DNA from: a bacterium
Lineage (GTDB): Bacteria > Zhuqueibacterota > QNDG01 > JAGLOF01
Reading direction: 5' to 3'
DNA length: 64,000 bases
NCBI GenBank assembly: GCA_023139105.1
Contig: JAGLOF010000016.1
Location: 959 to 64,958, forward strand
Below are positions 36,363 to 45,175 of this stretch, one piece after another. Below the pieces are notes generated by a model. It ran no database searches, was not told the DNA's origin, and saw nothing but the letters and a program-made list of their open reading frames with translations. Made by a program: the position numbers and the translations under genes. Within the stretch, counting starts at the first letter, position 1, and each line of letters starts with the position of its first letter.

Positions 36363-37742
36363 ATGAAACGAAATTATATGATCCCTGCTATACTAATCAT
36401 ACTCTCTTTCTGCTTTGCACCGCTTGTGTCTGCCCCTGCACCACAAGATCTACAGACAGTGATACAAGATGTAAATATTGATTCTTTGATGCTCTATGTA
36501 GCTCATTTAAGTGGTCATACTACATACATGAATAACGGTGTTGCAGATACCATACTCACGCGATATAGTTATAGTCCTGAAATAATTAAGGCCAAAGACT
36601 ACCTGGTGAATCGCCTGGAACAATGTGGATATACAGTAGATCTACATGAATTCAGTTTAACCGGCAAGGCTAATCCCTCAGAGACAGGCGAAATGTGCCA
36701 GGGCTGGCCGCCAATAAATTCTGACTACCATGAGGAAAACACGGGCGCATTATATAAAACTGCGCTTGTTTTGGACAACATTATCGCTGAAAAGATTGGC
36801 ACAACATACCCGGAGCAATACTACTATTTCATCGCACATTATGATTCTCGTGCTGAAAATCACACCAATGGGATGCTCTACGCACCCGGAGCAGATGACA
36901 ATGCCAGCGGTACGGCCACTGTACTGGAAGCTGCCAGACTATTGGCCGAGTCCGACATACTCTATTCAATAAAATTTATTCTCTTTTCAGGGGAAGAGCA
37001 AGGGCTATGGGGCAGTAAAGCATATGCCGCATGGGCCAGAGATAATAATGAAGATATCATGGCTGTAATAAATATTGACATGATCGCCTACAACATAATC
37101 AGCGATAATTTTGTTAATTGTCAACTACATGCCGGTTACTATAACTCCTCTTTTGAACTGGCCGAAAAGATGAGCCAGAACATCCATTCATGGAGTATAG
37201 ATCTAGGCTCCATAATTCTCACAGATGACGCTGCATCAGACAGGAGCGACCACGCCCCGTTTTGGGACATCGGCAAGACGGCTGTCTTTGTCTCCGAAGA
37301 CTGGCAGTGGAGCTATAATCCCAACTATCATACGGTGAGAGACGAGTACTCTACTTTAAATCCTTCATACTTCCATAAAAATGCACAACTTTGTATTGGA
37401 ACGCTCTACCAACTTGCTACATCCAGTCCTCAAACCGGTGTACGCTCTACTCTTAAGCCTTCGGCATCATTCTCCCTTGATGAACCATATCCCAATCCTT
37501 TTAATCCGCAAGTGAATATTTCCTGGACCAAGACAGGCAATTCCCGTGTTGAGATTAGAATATATGATATTTTAGGAAGGCTTATAAAAAAACTGGAAAG
37601 TGACTCCGGAGAATCAGGAATAAGCAACACAACCTGGAATGGCATAGGCGGAGATGGCGTAGATGCAGCATCCGGAATTTACTTTGTAAAAGCGACATCA
37701 GATGGTTACACACAGATCAAAAAAATATTGCTAAATCGATAA
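36363..37742 (+). CDS. M28-family aminopeptidase with T9SS type-A C-terminal sorting domain
   Basis: ORF 36273..37742; the likely start is ATG 36363 (signal peptide MKRNYMIPAILIILSFCFAPLVSA). GADDNASGTATVLE and FSGEEQGLWGS metal-site blocks. C-terminal YPNPFNPQVNISW...GIYFVKA...KILLNR tail. Confidence 0.85.
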   Translation: MKRNYMIPAILIILSFCFAPLVSAPAPQDLQTVIQDVNIDSLMLYVAHLSGHTTYMNNGVADTILTRYSYSPEIIKAKDYLVNRLEQCGYTVDLHEFSLTGKANPSETGEMCQGWPPINSDYHEENTGALYKTALVLDNIIAEKIGTTYPEQYYYFIAHYDSRAENHTNGMLYAPGADDNASGTATVLEAARLLAESDILYSIKFILFSGEEQGLWGSKAYAAWARDNNEDIMAVINIDMIAYNIISDNFVNCQLHAGYYNSSFELAEKMSQNIHSWSIDLGSIILTDDAASDRSDHAPFWDIGKTAVFVSEDWQWSYNPNYHTVRDEYSTLNPSYFHKNAQLCIGTLYQLATSSPQTGVRSTLKPSASFSLDEPYPNPFNPQVNISWTKTGNSRVEIRIYDILGRLIKKLESDSGESGISNTTWNGIGGDGVDAASGIYFVKATSDGYTQIKKILLNR

Positions 37743-37871
37743 TAAATAAACGACCAAACCCCGGAGAGGCTTATTAAGTAGCTATTTCTCTCATTTTGCC
37801 CGAAAGGTATTTTAGTGCCAATAGTATTGATTCTCAAATTAAGTTCGATACATCACCATATGAGGATACTA

Positions 37872-38112
37872 GCTCCCCCTTTTTTTTAAAGGGGGTTGGG
37901 GGGATTTACTAATACTCCACTATAATTAACATAATAGAAACAAAGCATGCAGATTCAGAATCAATATGCCAAATGCAGAACGGAAGCTCTGGTCAGTTAT
38001 CCGTAAAAACAACTGTGCGGTTATCAGTTTCTCACACTAAACTTGATTGACTGGAATGTTGTTGCAAGTCTGATGATATGAAATCCCCCCAGCCCCCTTC
38101 TCAAAGGGAGCC
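37872..38112. mobile_element. IR-bounded ~240-bp element carrying a DUF559 (Vsr-like endonuclease) N-terminal fragment
   Basis: The left arm gctcccccttttttttaaagggggttggggggattt (37872-37907) and the right arm 38081-38112 are inverted copies (~80 percent by eye). Inside, ATG 37966 gives MPNAERKLWSVIRKNNCAVISFSH-stop, matching only the DUF559 start. Confidence 0.5.
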
Positions 38113-38251
38113 AGATTGTTCGGAGATAATTAGATCTACACTGCTGCTTTTAAAGGTGATTGAGATTATTAATGTTGCAAAAAAGAGTTGACACTGCAGC
38201 ACCATGAAATCTCAATATTTATGCAAAGTATTTTATCGCCGAAGCAATAGC

Positions 38252-38297
38252 TTGTTATTTGGACTTTGCTTTTTGCTTTTTGCTTTTTGTTATTTGG
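38252..38297. repeat. heptanucleotide tandem array (CTTTTTG x3 flanked by TTATTTGG)
   Basis: Read directly, 23 nt upstream of the DUF58 start. Confidence 0.85.
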
Positions 38298-38319
38298 AAT
38301 TTAAAAATTTGAGTCTATC

Positions 38320-39222
38320 ATGATCACTTCAGAGACAAAAAACTGGCTTAAACCCGAGACACTCAGCAAGCTGTCAGGATTAGATCTGATTGCCAGGCGT
38401 GTTGTAGAAGGATACATTACAGGCCTGCATAAAAGTCCATACCATGGATTTTCCGCTGAGTTCTCCGAGCATCACCCTTATCACCCTGGTGCACCTCTGA
38501 AAAGCATTGACTGGCGCGTACTTGGCAGAACCGAGAGATATTACATTAAATCCTATGAAGAAGAGACAAATTGCCGAGCAATGCTGATTATGGATACATC
38601 CGCTTCAATGGGATATTCTTCCGGCGCAATATCCAAGCAGTTATACGCCACATACCTTGCCGCAGCATTAGCCTTTCTACTCCTCAAACAGCGTGATGCT
38701 ACAGGTCTTGCCCTGGTTGATTCAGAGCTGCGGACACTTATCAGACCCCGATCGGTCATGAGCCATCTGAGTACACTTCTTACGCCACTTTCAAAACTGG
38801 AATCCCGGGGGAAAACCAGACTTGCGCCAGTGCTGAATAAATTGGCAGAACGTCTTAAAAGACGTACATTGATCTGTCTTTTTTCAGATTTGATGGATAG
38901 TGACAAAGAAGTAATTACTGCATTGAAAAATTTCCGTATCCGCGGGCACGAATTACTGGTCTTTCATATTCTGGATCCCATGGAGATCAATATGCAGCTC
39001 AAGCGGGATGCCATATTAATAGACATGGAGACAGACAAACGACTACCTGTCGATACACGTCACATAGCCCGAACCTATGCAGATCAGGTAGATGCATGGA
39101 CGCAAAAATTGAGACACTCCTGCCTCAATATGCAGGTGGATTATATCCGTTTAAGTACAGATACACCATATGACCAGGCCCTGTCCGCCTTTCTGGCAAA
39201 ACGTAAAAAATCCGGAGCCTAA
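38320..39222 (+). CDS. DUF58 domain protein (vWA-like MoxR partner)
   Basis: 300 aa; HGFSAEFSEHHPYHPGAPLKSIDWRVLGRTERYYIKSYEEE is the DUF58 signature region. Confidence 0.8.
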   Translation: MITSETKNWLKPETLSKLSGLDLIARRVVEGYITGLHKSPYHGFSAEFSEHHPYHPGAPLKSIDWRVLGRTERYYIKSYEEETNCRAMLIMDTSASMGYSSGAISKQLYATYLAAALAFLLLKQRDATGLALVDSELRTLIRPRSVMSHLSTLLTPLSKLESRGKTRLAPVLNKLAERLKRRTLICLFSDLMDSDKEVITALKNFRIRGHELLVFHILDPMEINMQLKRDAILIDMETDKRLPVDTRHIARTYADQVDAWTQKLRHSCLNMQVDYIRLSTDTPYDQALSAFLAKRKKSGA

Positions 39223-39225
39223 ATA

Positions 39226-40785
39226 ATGACAATTTTCTGGATATGGATAATACTGCTGATAATCGGTTTTACAAGTTACTTCAGCATTCTCAAATTCAGG
39301 CATAAAGCCCATTCTCCTTTCCGTATCAGACTCACTATTTTCTTTCTACTTTTTGTGCTGCTACCCTCTATCCCATCGGCATTTCTAATATCTCAGCTTC
39401 TGACACAGAGTGCTGACATACTTATCATGCCGGGCATGGATGAAGCCCTGGATGCGGGCCTGGACGCCATACGACAGCAAGCGGAGACCAGAGGCAGAAT
39501 CTTCTTACAGGACCATGAAGATTCGGGGCAATGGACAGAGACTACTACAGACATTGCCAATCTACATCTGCTTGGGCATTACAGACTGCATTGCGACTCA
39601 GTCTTGACCATGAAAAATATCTGCCTCCCATCACTTGATCTATGGAAGCCGGCACCAGGTCAGATACAGGCCGCATGTTTTGGACATTACAGCCAAATTA
39701 TAGAAAAAGATCAAAAAGGACGGATAGCCGTTTTTCACTGCCTGGGCGACAGCTCTGTAACAGTGGCCATGTATGATGTAGCCTCACCGGTACTCAAGGC
39801 AAAAAATGAGATGACACGAGCTCTGCGTTTTTATGCATCGCTTTCACTTATCAAGGAATCCATGCTGGAGCAGGAAGTGATCTGGGCACTGGCTGTAGCT
39901 GCTATTTTTATATTGGCTATGACTGCTGCCGGTGCCGCTTCAACTATATCGCGTCATATCAGCCGGCCTGTACAGGATCTGGTTGCAGGCATGAACAAAG
40001 TGGCAGAGGGTGATCTATCCATACGTGTACATACACCTGCAAAAGATGAGTTCAGAAGACTGGTAGATGCCTTCAACCAGATGACGGCTGATCTTGCTGA
40101 GGGCCGCATCAAACTTATAAAAGCAGAAAAACTGGCTGCATGGCAGGGCGTAGCCCGCCAAATCTCTCATGAAATAAAGAATAGCCTTACACCTATTGCC
40201 ATCTCAATCAGGCGGCTCAGAGGACACTTTGGTACAGCGGAAATGCCGCTACGTGTAGCAGACAGCCTTCAGATTATTGAAGAAGAACTTAAATCTATGG
40301 AACTGATGGCCGGAGAGTTCAGTGAATTTGCACGCATGCCCAAGGCCAGTAAAACAGAAATAGAGATCAATATAATTATACAAAAAACCTGTGACTTATT
40401 ACGTTCCGGACTGGACGGACGAAGATTAGATCTTAATCTCGACCCTAACCTTCCCAACATAAAAGCCGACAGCGAACAGATCAAAAGAGTATTAAACAAT
40501 CTTATCAAAAATGCAATAGAAGCCACAAAATCAGGTGACATCATTACAATCAGCAGCACACAATCGATGTTGGCTGATAAAAATATACTTATTGAGATTA
40601 CAGACACAGGCATCGGCATGAACAAAGAGACTCTAATGAGAATCTTTGAACCCTACTTTACAAATAAAAAGCGTGGCACAGGGCTGGGTATGGCAATAGT
40701 ACAGCAGATCATTCAGCAGCATAATGGTCATATTGATCTTAGCTCTCAACCTGGTAGCGGCACTCAATTTCAAATACACCTCTAG
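39226..40785 (+). CDS. sensor histidine kinase (TM-HAMP-HisKA-HATPase, NtrY-like), no adjacent response regulator
   Basis: 519 aa with an H-box SHEIKNSLTPI, N-box LNNLIKNAIEA, and G-boxes TDTGIGM / GTGLGMAIV. Confidence 0.85.
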   Translation: MTIFWIWIILLIIGFTSYFSILKFRHKAHSPFRIRLTIFFLLFVLLPSIPSAFLISQLLTQSADILIMPGMDEALDAGLDAIRQQAETRGRIFLQDHEDSGQWTETTTDIANLHLLGHYRLHCDSVLTMKNICLPSLDLWKPAPGQIQAACFGHYSQIIEKDQKGRIAVFHCLGDSSVTVAMYDVASPVLKAKNEMTRALRFYASLSLIKESMLEQEVIWALAVAAIFILAMTAAGAASTISRHISRPVQDLVAGMNKVAEGDLSIRVHTPAKDEFRRLVDAFNQMTADLAEGRIKLIKAEKLAAWQGVARQISHEIKNSLTPIAISIRRLRGHFGTAEMPLRVADSLQIIEEELKSMELMAGEFSEFARMPKASKTEIEINIIIQKTCDLLRSGLDGRRLDLNLDPNLPNIKADSEQIKRVLNNLIKNAIEATKSGDIITISSTQSMLADKNILIEITDTGIGMNKETLMRIFEPYFTNKKRGTGLGMAIVQQIIQQHNGHIDLSSQPGSGTQFQIHL

Positions 40786-40811
40786 CAGCCTTAAGTCAGA
40801 CAGACTGCTAG
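40782..40811. repeat. hairpin containing a solo copy of the MITE-like terminal repeat
   Basis: CTAGCAG...CTGCTAG stem overlapping the kinase stop codon. 40789-40812 is the exact reverse complement of the 24-nt CTAGCAGTCTGTCTGACTTAAGGC at 51671-51694. Confidence 0.7.
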
Positions 40812-40833
40812 CCAGTACGCTTCTATAAATATC

Positions 40834-40862
40834 TTGACAATACCTATGTTTTTATCTATACT
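40834..40862 (+). promoter_or_regulatory. sigma70-like promoter for the queD operon
   Basis: TTGACA(40834-40839)-N17-TATACT(40857-40862), 40 nt upstream of the queD start. Confidence 0.6.
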
Positions 40863-40902
40863 TAGATTGCTAAAATTAAAATGAAAAAAAGGAGTACATC
40901 TC

Positions 40903-41271
40903 TTGTTTCGCGTCTTTATTGATACACATTTTGCAGCAGCCCATCAGCTTCACGGCTATGACGGCGAATGCCGCGCCCTGCACGGCCACACCTGGAAAGT
41001 CCGTGTGGAAATTGAAACTGAACACCAGGATGAAATCGGTATCAGCTTTGACTTCAAGACATTAAAAGCACATGTAAATTCAATCATCGAAAAGCTGGAT
41101 CACCATAACGTCAACGAAGTCCCTCCATTCGACAAGATAAATCCAACCGCCGAAAATCTGGCCAAATACATATACAACGAAATCGCACGCGTTTTACCGG
41201 ATTATGCAAAACTCTCACAAACTGTGGTCTGGGAATCTGATCATTACGCAGTTTCATATTTTGAAAAATGA
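40903..41271 (+). CDS. queD: 6-carboxy-5,6,7,8-tetrahydropterin synthase
   Basis: 122 aa with FAAAHQL and HGHTWKVRVE motifs. TTG start preceded by AAGGAG. Confidence 0.9.
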   Translation: MFRVFIDTHFAAAHQLHGYDGECRALHGHTWKVRVEIETEHQDEIGISFDFKTLKAHVNSIIEKLDHHNVNEVPPFDKINPTAENLAKYIYNEIARVLPDYAKLSQTVVWESDHYAVSYFEK

Positions 41272-41280
41272 TGAGGTTTT

Positions 41281-41919
41281 TTGCTTAAAGTCAACGAAAT
41301 TTTCTACTCAATCCAGGGTGAATCATCGTATGCCGGACACCCCTGCATCTTCATCCGGTTGACAGGCTGCAATATCCGCTGTAATTATTGTGATACTACA
41401 TATGCCTATGAAAAGGGCAAGCTCTTTTCAATAGAATTAATTCTTGAACACCTGGAACACTATAATTGCGGATTAGTGGAAATTACAGGCGGTGAACCGC
41501 TTATGCAATCGGAAACTTCCGATCTGGCCAGAACTCTGATAGCCTCCGGTTATACGGTTTTAGTTGAATCAAACGGTACGCTGGACATAGGTCTTCTTCC
41601 GCCCGGAACACATGTAATTATGGATATCAAATCTCCCGGCAGCGGCGTTTCGGAAATGATGAACTGGCAGAATATGGACAGGCTCACCGATGACGATGAA
41701 GTAAAATTAGTCTTATCTGACAGGGCTGACTATGAATGGGCACGCTCTATAATATATAAATATGCCCTGCACAAACGTTCTAATACCCTACTCTCTGTAG
41801 TAGCAGGCAGGCTTAATCCTGAAGATCTGGCAGCATGGATACTTGAAGATGAACTTGAAGTTCGACTTCAGTTGCAGATGCATAAAATTCTTTGGCCAAA
41901 TGATGAAAAAGGACGATAA
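41281..41919 (+). CDS. queE: 7-carboxy-7-deazaguanine synthase (radical SAM)
   Basis: 212 aa with [10 protein letters not shown] and the [10 protein letters not shown] cluster motif; TTG start. Confidence 0.9.
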   Translation: MLKVNEIFYSIQGESSYAGHPCIFIRLTGCNIRCNYCDTTYAYEKGKLFSIELILEHLEHYNCGLVEITGGEPLMQSETSDLARTLIASGYTVLVESNGTLDIGLLPPGTHVIMDIKSPGSGVSEMMNWQNMDRLTDDDEVKLVLSDRADYEWARSIIYKYALHKRSNTLLSVVAGRLNPEDLAAWILEDELEVRLQLQMHKILWPNDEKGR

Positions 41920-42601
41920 ACAACGCGCCGTCGTGCTGTTGAGCGGCGGCCTGGACTCTGCTACCGTGCTGGCCATGGCCAGAGCCCGGGGGGTAGATTG
42001 CTATGCCCTCAGCTTTCGGTACGGTCAGCGCCACAGCCATGAACTGGCAGCTGCTAAAGTTGTAGCCGAGACCATGGGCGTTAAACGCCACCTCATCCTG
42101 GACCTCGATTTCCGGGCCATGGGTGGCTCAGCACTGACAGCGGATATCGATGTACCCAAGGACAGAGACACAGCCCGGATGGAAGATGAGATCCCCATCA
42201 CCTATGTGCCGGCCCGGAACATTGTGTTCTTGTCGATTGCCCTTGGCTGGGCCGAGACATTGCACGCACGACAGATCCACATCGGCGTCAACGCCATGGA
42301 CTACTCCGGTTACCCGGATTGCCGTCCGGATTTCATAGACGCCTTTCAGGCCATGGCCAACCAGGGTACCAAGGCGGGAGTGGAGGGCCATCCATTTACC
42401 ATTCACACGCCGCTGATGCAGATGACCAAGGCCCGAATCATTGCCGAGGGGATACGCCTGGGCGTGGATTATGCCATGACGCACAGTTGCTATGATCCGG
42501 CCGTCGATGGCCTGGCTTGCGGCTGTTGCGACAGTTGCCTGATCCGGAAAAAAGGCTTTGCCGAAGCCGGCGTGCCTGATCCGACAAAATACATGAAGTG
42601 A
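41900..42601 (+). CDS. queC: 7-cyano-7-deazaguanine synthase
   Basis: ORF 41843..42601; the likely start is ATG 41900/41903 ([22 protein letters not shown]-loop). C-terminal zinc site CGCCDSC. Confidence 0.9.
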   Translation: MMKKDDKQRAVVLLSGGLDSATVLAMARARGVDCYALSFRYGQRHSHELAAAKVVAETMGVKRHLILDLDFRAMGGSALTADIDVPKDRDTARMEDEIPITYVPARNIVFLSIALGWAETLHARQIHIGVNAMDYSGYPDCRPDFIDAFQAMANQGTKAGVEGHPFTIHTPLMQMTKARIIAEGIRLGVDYAMTHSCYDPAVDGLACGCCDSCLIRKKGFAEAGVPDPTKYMK

Positions 42602-42650
42602 AGACCTGTTTAAGTGAATATCGAACAAGAATTAACGATTTTCAAATTCA

Positions 42651-42717
42651 CTTTTTAACTTTTAACTTTTAACTTTTAACTTTTAACTTTTAACTTTTAA
42701 CTTTTTACTTTTTACTT
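42651..42717. repeat. heptanucleotide tandem array (CTTTTAA x7, CTTTTTA x2)
   Basis: Read directly in the queC-queF gap. It is preceded by an 8-bp inverted repeat, AAGTGAAT (42612-42619) / ATTCACTT (42647-42654). Confidence 0.9.
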
Positions 42718-42736
42718 ATTTCATTTCGAGGCAATT

Positions 42737-43123
42737 ATGACTCAAGAAAAACCCGGAATCCTGGCTATTCGTGAGAATCAGCTCACACCGGTTAAAAACC
42801 ACTATCCTGACAGAGATTACGAAGTCGAGATCACGCTGCCTGAGTTCACCTGCCTCTGCCCCATCTCAGGCTATCCTGACTTTGGCGTGATTCACGTCAA
42901 ATATGTGCCTGACAACTCCATCATCGAGCTCAAGTCTATTAAACTCTACATCAATAAATTCCGCGATGAGGCCCATTTTCATGAAGCCGTGGTAAACAAA
43001 ATAATGGACGACCTCATTGAGGCCATCGATCCACGATGGATACGCGTGATCGGCGACTTCAACCCCCGCGGCAATGTCAAAACCGTGGTGACCGTGGAAC
43101 ACAGGAAAGGTGACACACCGTGA
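42737..43123 (+). CDS. queF: NADPH-dependent 7-cyano-7-deazaguanine reductase (unimodular type)
   Basis: 128 aa with the EFTCLCPISGYPDFG catalytic-Cys motif. Confidence 0.9.
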   Translation: MTQEKPGILAIRENQLTPVKNHYPDRDYEVEITLPEFTCLCPISGYPDFGVIHVKYVPDNSIIELKSIKLYINKFRDEAHFHEAVVNKIMDDLIEAIDPRWIRVIGDFNPRGNVKTVVTVEHRKGDTP

Positions 43124-43884
43124 TCGATGTCCAGAATCAACCCGACACCCGGAACCTTCCCATCAACCGCGTGGGCGTCAAGGATCTCCGTTACCCCATC
43201 ACGGTGACCGACAGAGCCAACGATGTGCAGCAGACAGTGGCTTCCATCAACATGTATGTAAGCCTGCCCCGGCACTTCAGGGGCACGCACATGAGCCGCT
43301 TCATTGAAATCTTGAACGAAAAGCATCAGACACTGCATATCGACGGCATTGCAGATCTGCTAAAAACGATGAAGCAAAGACTGGAGGCCCATGAGGCTCA
43401 CATGGACGTGAGCTTCCCCTACTTCATCGAGAAGACTGCGCCGATCTCCGGAGCCAAGAGCCTCATGGAATACAAATGCTCCTACAGCGGCATTCTCAGC
43501 GATACGCTCGATTTTATCCTGCGTGTGGATGTGCCCGTAACCAGCCTCTGCCCTTGCTCCAAGGAGCTCTCCGATCGAGGAGCGCATAACCAACGCTCCA
43601 TTGTCTCCATCGCCATCAGATCCAGTGATTTTGTCTGGATTGAAGAATTAGTGGAAATTGCAGAAGCCGCCGCATCCAGCCCGGTCTATTCACTATTGAA
43701 GCGTAGTGATGAAAAAGCCGTAACCGAAGCTGCATATGATAATCCCCGTTTTGTGGAAGACCTGGTGCGTGAAGTAGCTGCCAAATTAAATGCCGACTCC
43801 CGCATCACCTGGTATAAAGTGGAATCCGAAAACTTTGAGTCAATCCATAATCACAGTGCATATGCCGCCATTGAGAAGGTATAA
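43120..43884 (+). CDS. folE2: GTP cyclohydrolase FolE2/MptA family (type IB)
   Basis: 254 aa; the VQNQPDTRNLPINRVGVKDLRYPI start and the CPCSKE...GAHNQRS block are typical of FolE2. ATGA-type overlap with queF. Confidence 0.85.
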   Translation: MIDVQNQPDTRNLPINRVGVKDLRYPITVTDRANDVQQTVASINMYVSLPRHFRGTHMSRFIEILNEKHQTLHIDGIADLLKTMKQRLEAHEAHMDVSFPYFIEKTAPISGAKSLMEYKCSYSGILSDTLDFILRVDVPVTSLCPCSKELSDRGAHNQRSIVSIAIRSSDFVWIEELVEIAEAAASSPVYSLLKRSDEKAVTEAAYDNPRFVEDLVREVAAKLNADSRITWYKVESENFESIHNHSAYAAIEKV

Positions 43885-43994
43885 TTATAAAACCCTTGCA
43901 ACCTGCTAAGATTCTTTACGTATATTTATAATGAAATCGCCCAAAACGGACTACCTCTCCCAACAGTCTGGTTTTAATGTTTAAGGAGGGACAG

Positions 43995-44702
43995 ATGAAC
44001 CCTAAACCCACACCTTTTCTCTTCGGACTATTTTTCATCCTCTTTGGTGGCTTCTTGCTGCTCGGTACTACAGGGATAGTACAAATAGACGAAGAAATTA
44101 CAGTGGCCTCTATTTTTGCAATTGCCGGCCTTGTCATGATTCAAGCACACTTCCTGCAAAAAAAGCCCATATGGATGCTAATTGTCGGAGGCATCAGTCT
44201 ATTTATAGGTACTGCTGTTTTCATTGAAAACACAAGAATAATTCCCGAGGAATCAATAGGTGTTCTCTTATTTGTAATAGCTGCAGCAATATTTCTTTTG
44301 CAACTACGCAAAGGCAAAGAAGCCTGGTGGGCCATTATTCCTGGTGGCTTCTGCCTTGTAATGGCCGGACATGTATTGCTCAGTCTTACTATGTGGCACC
44401 CGGAAGAACTGCATGGAGCACTTTTCTTTGGTGGTATGGGGGCAATATTCGGTATAATTTATTTATTGAAAGATGAAAACTACAATCTAGGCTGGGCAAA
44501 ATGGCCGGCACTTTCCGCATTGATCATGAGTGCTTTTATACTATTTGTTAATAACGACCAAACAATTGGAAAATTATTTTTTCCACTCATATTAATCTTC
44601 TTTGGCGGGATAATTCTGTTTAAATCTATGCATCGTCAACATAATCAAGACATTGACTCCTCTTCTGTATCTACTACTGAAAATGAAGATATAGTTCAGT
44701 AG
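43995..44702 (+). CDS. polytopic membrane protein of unknown function
   Basis: ORF 43977..44702; the likely start is ATG 43995, preceded by AAGGAGG. About 7 hydrophobic helices, with similar LFGxFFILFGGxxLL motifs at both ends. Confidence 0.6.
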   Translation: MNPKPTPFLFGLFFILFGGFLLLGTTGIVQIDEEITVASIFAIAGLVMIQAHFLQKKPIWMLIVGGISLFIGTAVFIENTRIIPEESIGVLLFVIAAAIFLLQLRKGKEAWWAIIPGGFCLVMAGHVLLSLTMWHPEELHGALFFGGMGAIFGIIYLLKDENYNLGWAKWPALSALIMSAFILFVNNDQTIGKLFFPLILIFFGGIILFKSMHRQHNQDIDSSSVSTTENEDIVQ

Positions 44703-44730
44703 TCAATAATCCATAGACTTTTTTCTTTAA

Positions 44731-44767
44731 ATCCCGGTACTCTAAAATAGAGTGCCGGGATTTTTTT
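44731..44767 (+). terminator. rho-independent terminator
   Basis: 13-bp stem ATCCCGGTACTCT / AGAGTGCCGGGAT with loop AAAAT, then a T7 run. Confidence 0.85.
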
Positions 44768-44811
44768 ACTGTTTTTAACACTTTTCAATTGACCTCCGGT
44801 CGGCGTTAAAA

Positions 44812-44990
44812 CTTCAGGAGTGACAAGCTTTATGAAGGTTTGTGTCATCCCTAAAAAACTGTCATCTCCCGTACAGAACCGGGACTCAGCCTGTATGCTC
44901 CTGGCAGGGATCTATCATTCAAAGGTTCACCTGCTAATAACAGTAACGGACTCTATATTTTAAAAATCCTCAATTGTAGACTACTGACAA
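44812..44990. repeat. composite hairpin-repeat block, left copy
   Basis: It shares the modules caggagtgaca..gtcatcc, aaaaactgtcatc...atgctcctggcagggatc.atcatt.aaagg and ttgtagact.ctgacaa with 51985-52150, in circularly permuted order. Confidence 0.7.
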
Positions 44991-45175
44991 AGACATTCAT
45001 TTCGTAGCGGCGTATGCCCTTCGCCCACACTACTTGACATTTACAATTACGAGGTGTTCTGTTAAACACAGCATGTTGATGTGGTTTTATTAATCCATAA
45101 AACATCCGGAGGCGCATCGCAAAAGCCTCATCAAACATCAGCGGGAACTGTAGGTTACACGAGTATAGCGCAAGG

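Noticed and set aside
40786-40902. preQ1 riboswitch upstream of queD (also considered upstream of queF, 42602-42736)
   Set aside because: There is no short stem with a CCC loop followed by an A-rich ...AAAAAACTAAGG tail. The queF gap is T-rich heptamers instead.
606-42717. Heptamer arrays as CRISPR arrays
   Set aside because: The units are 7 nt with no spacers, and no cas genes are present. They are simple tandem repeats.
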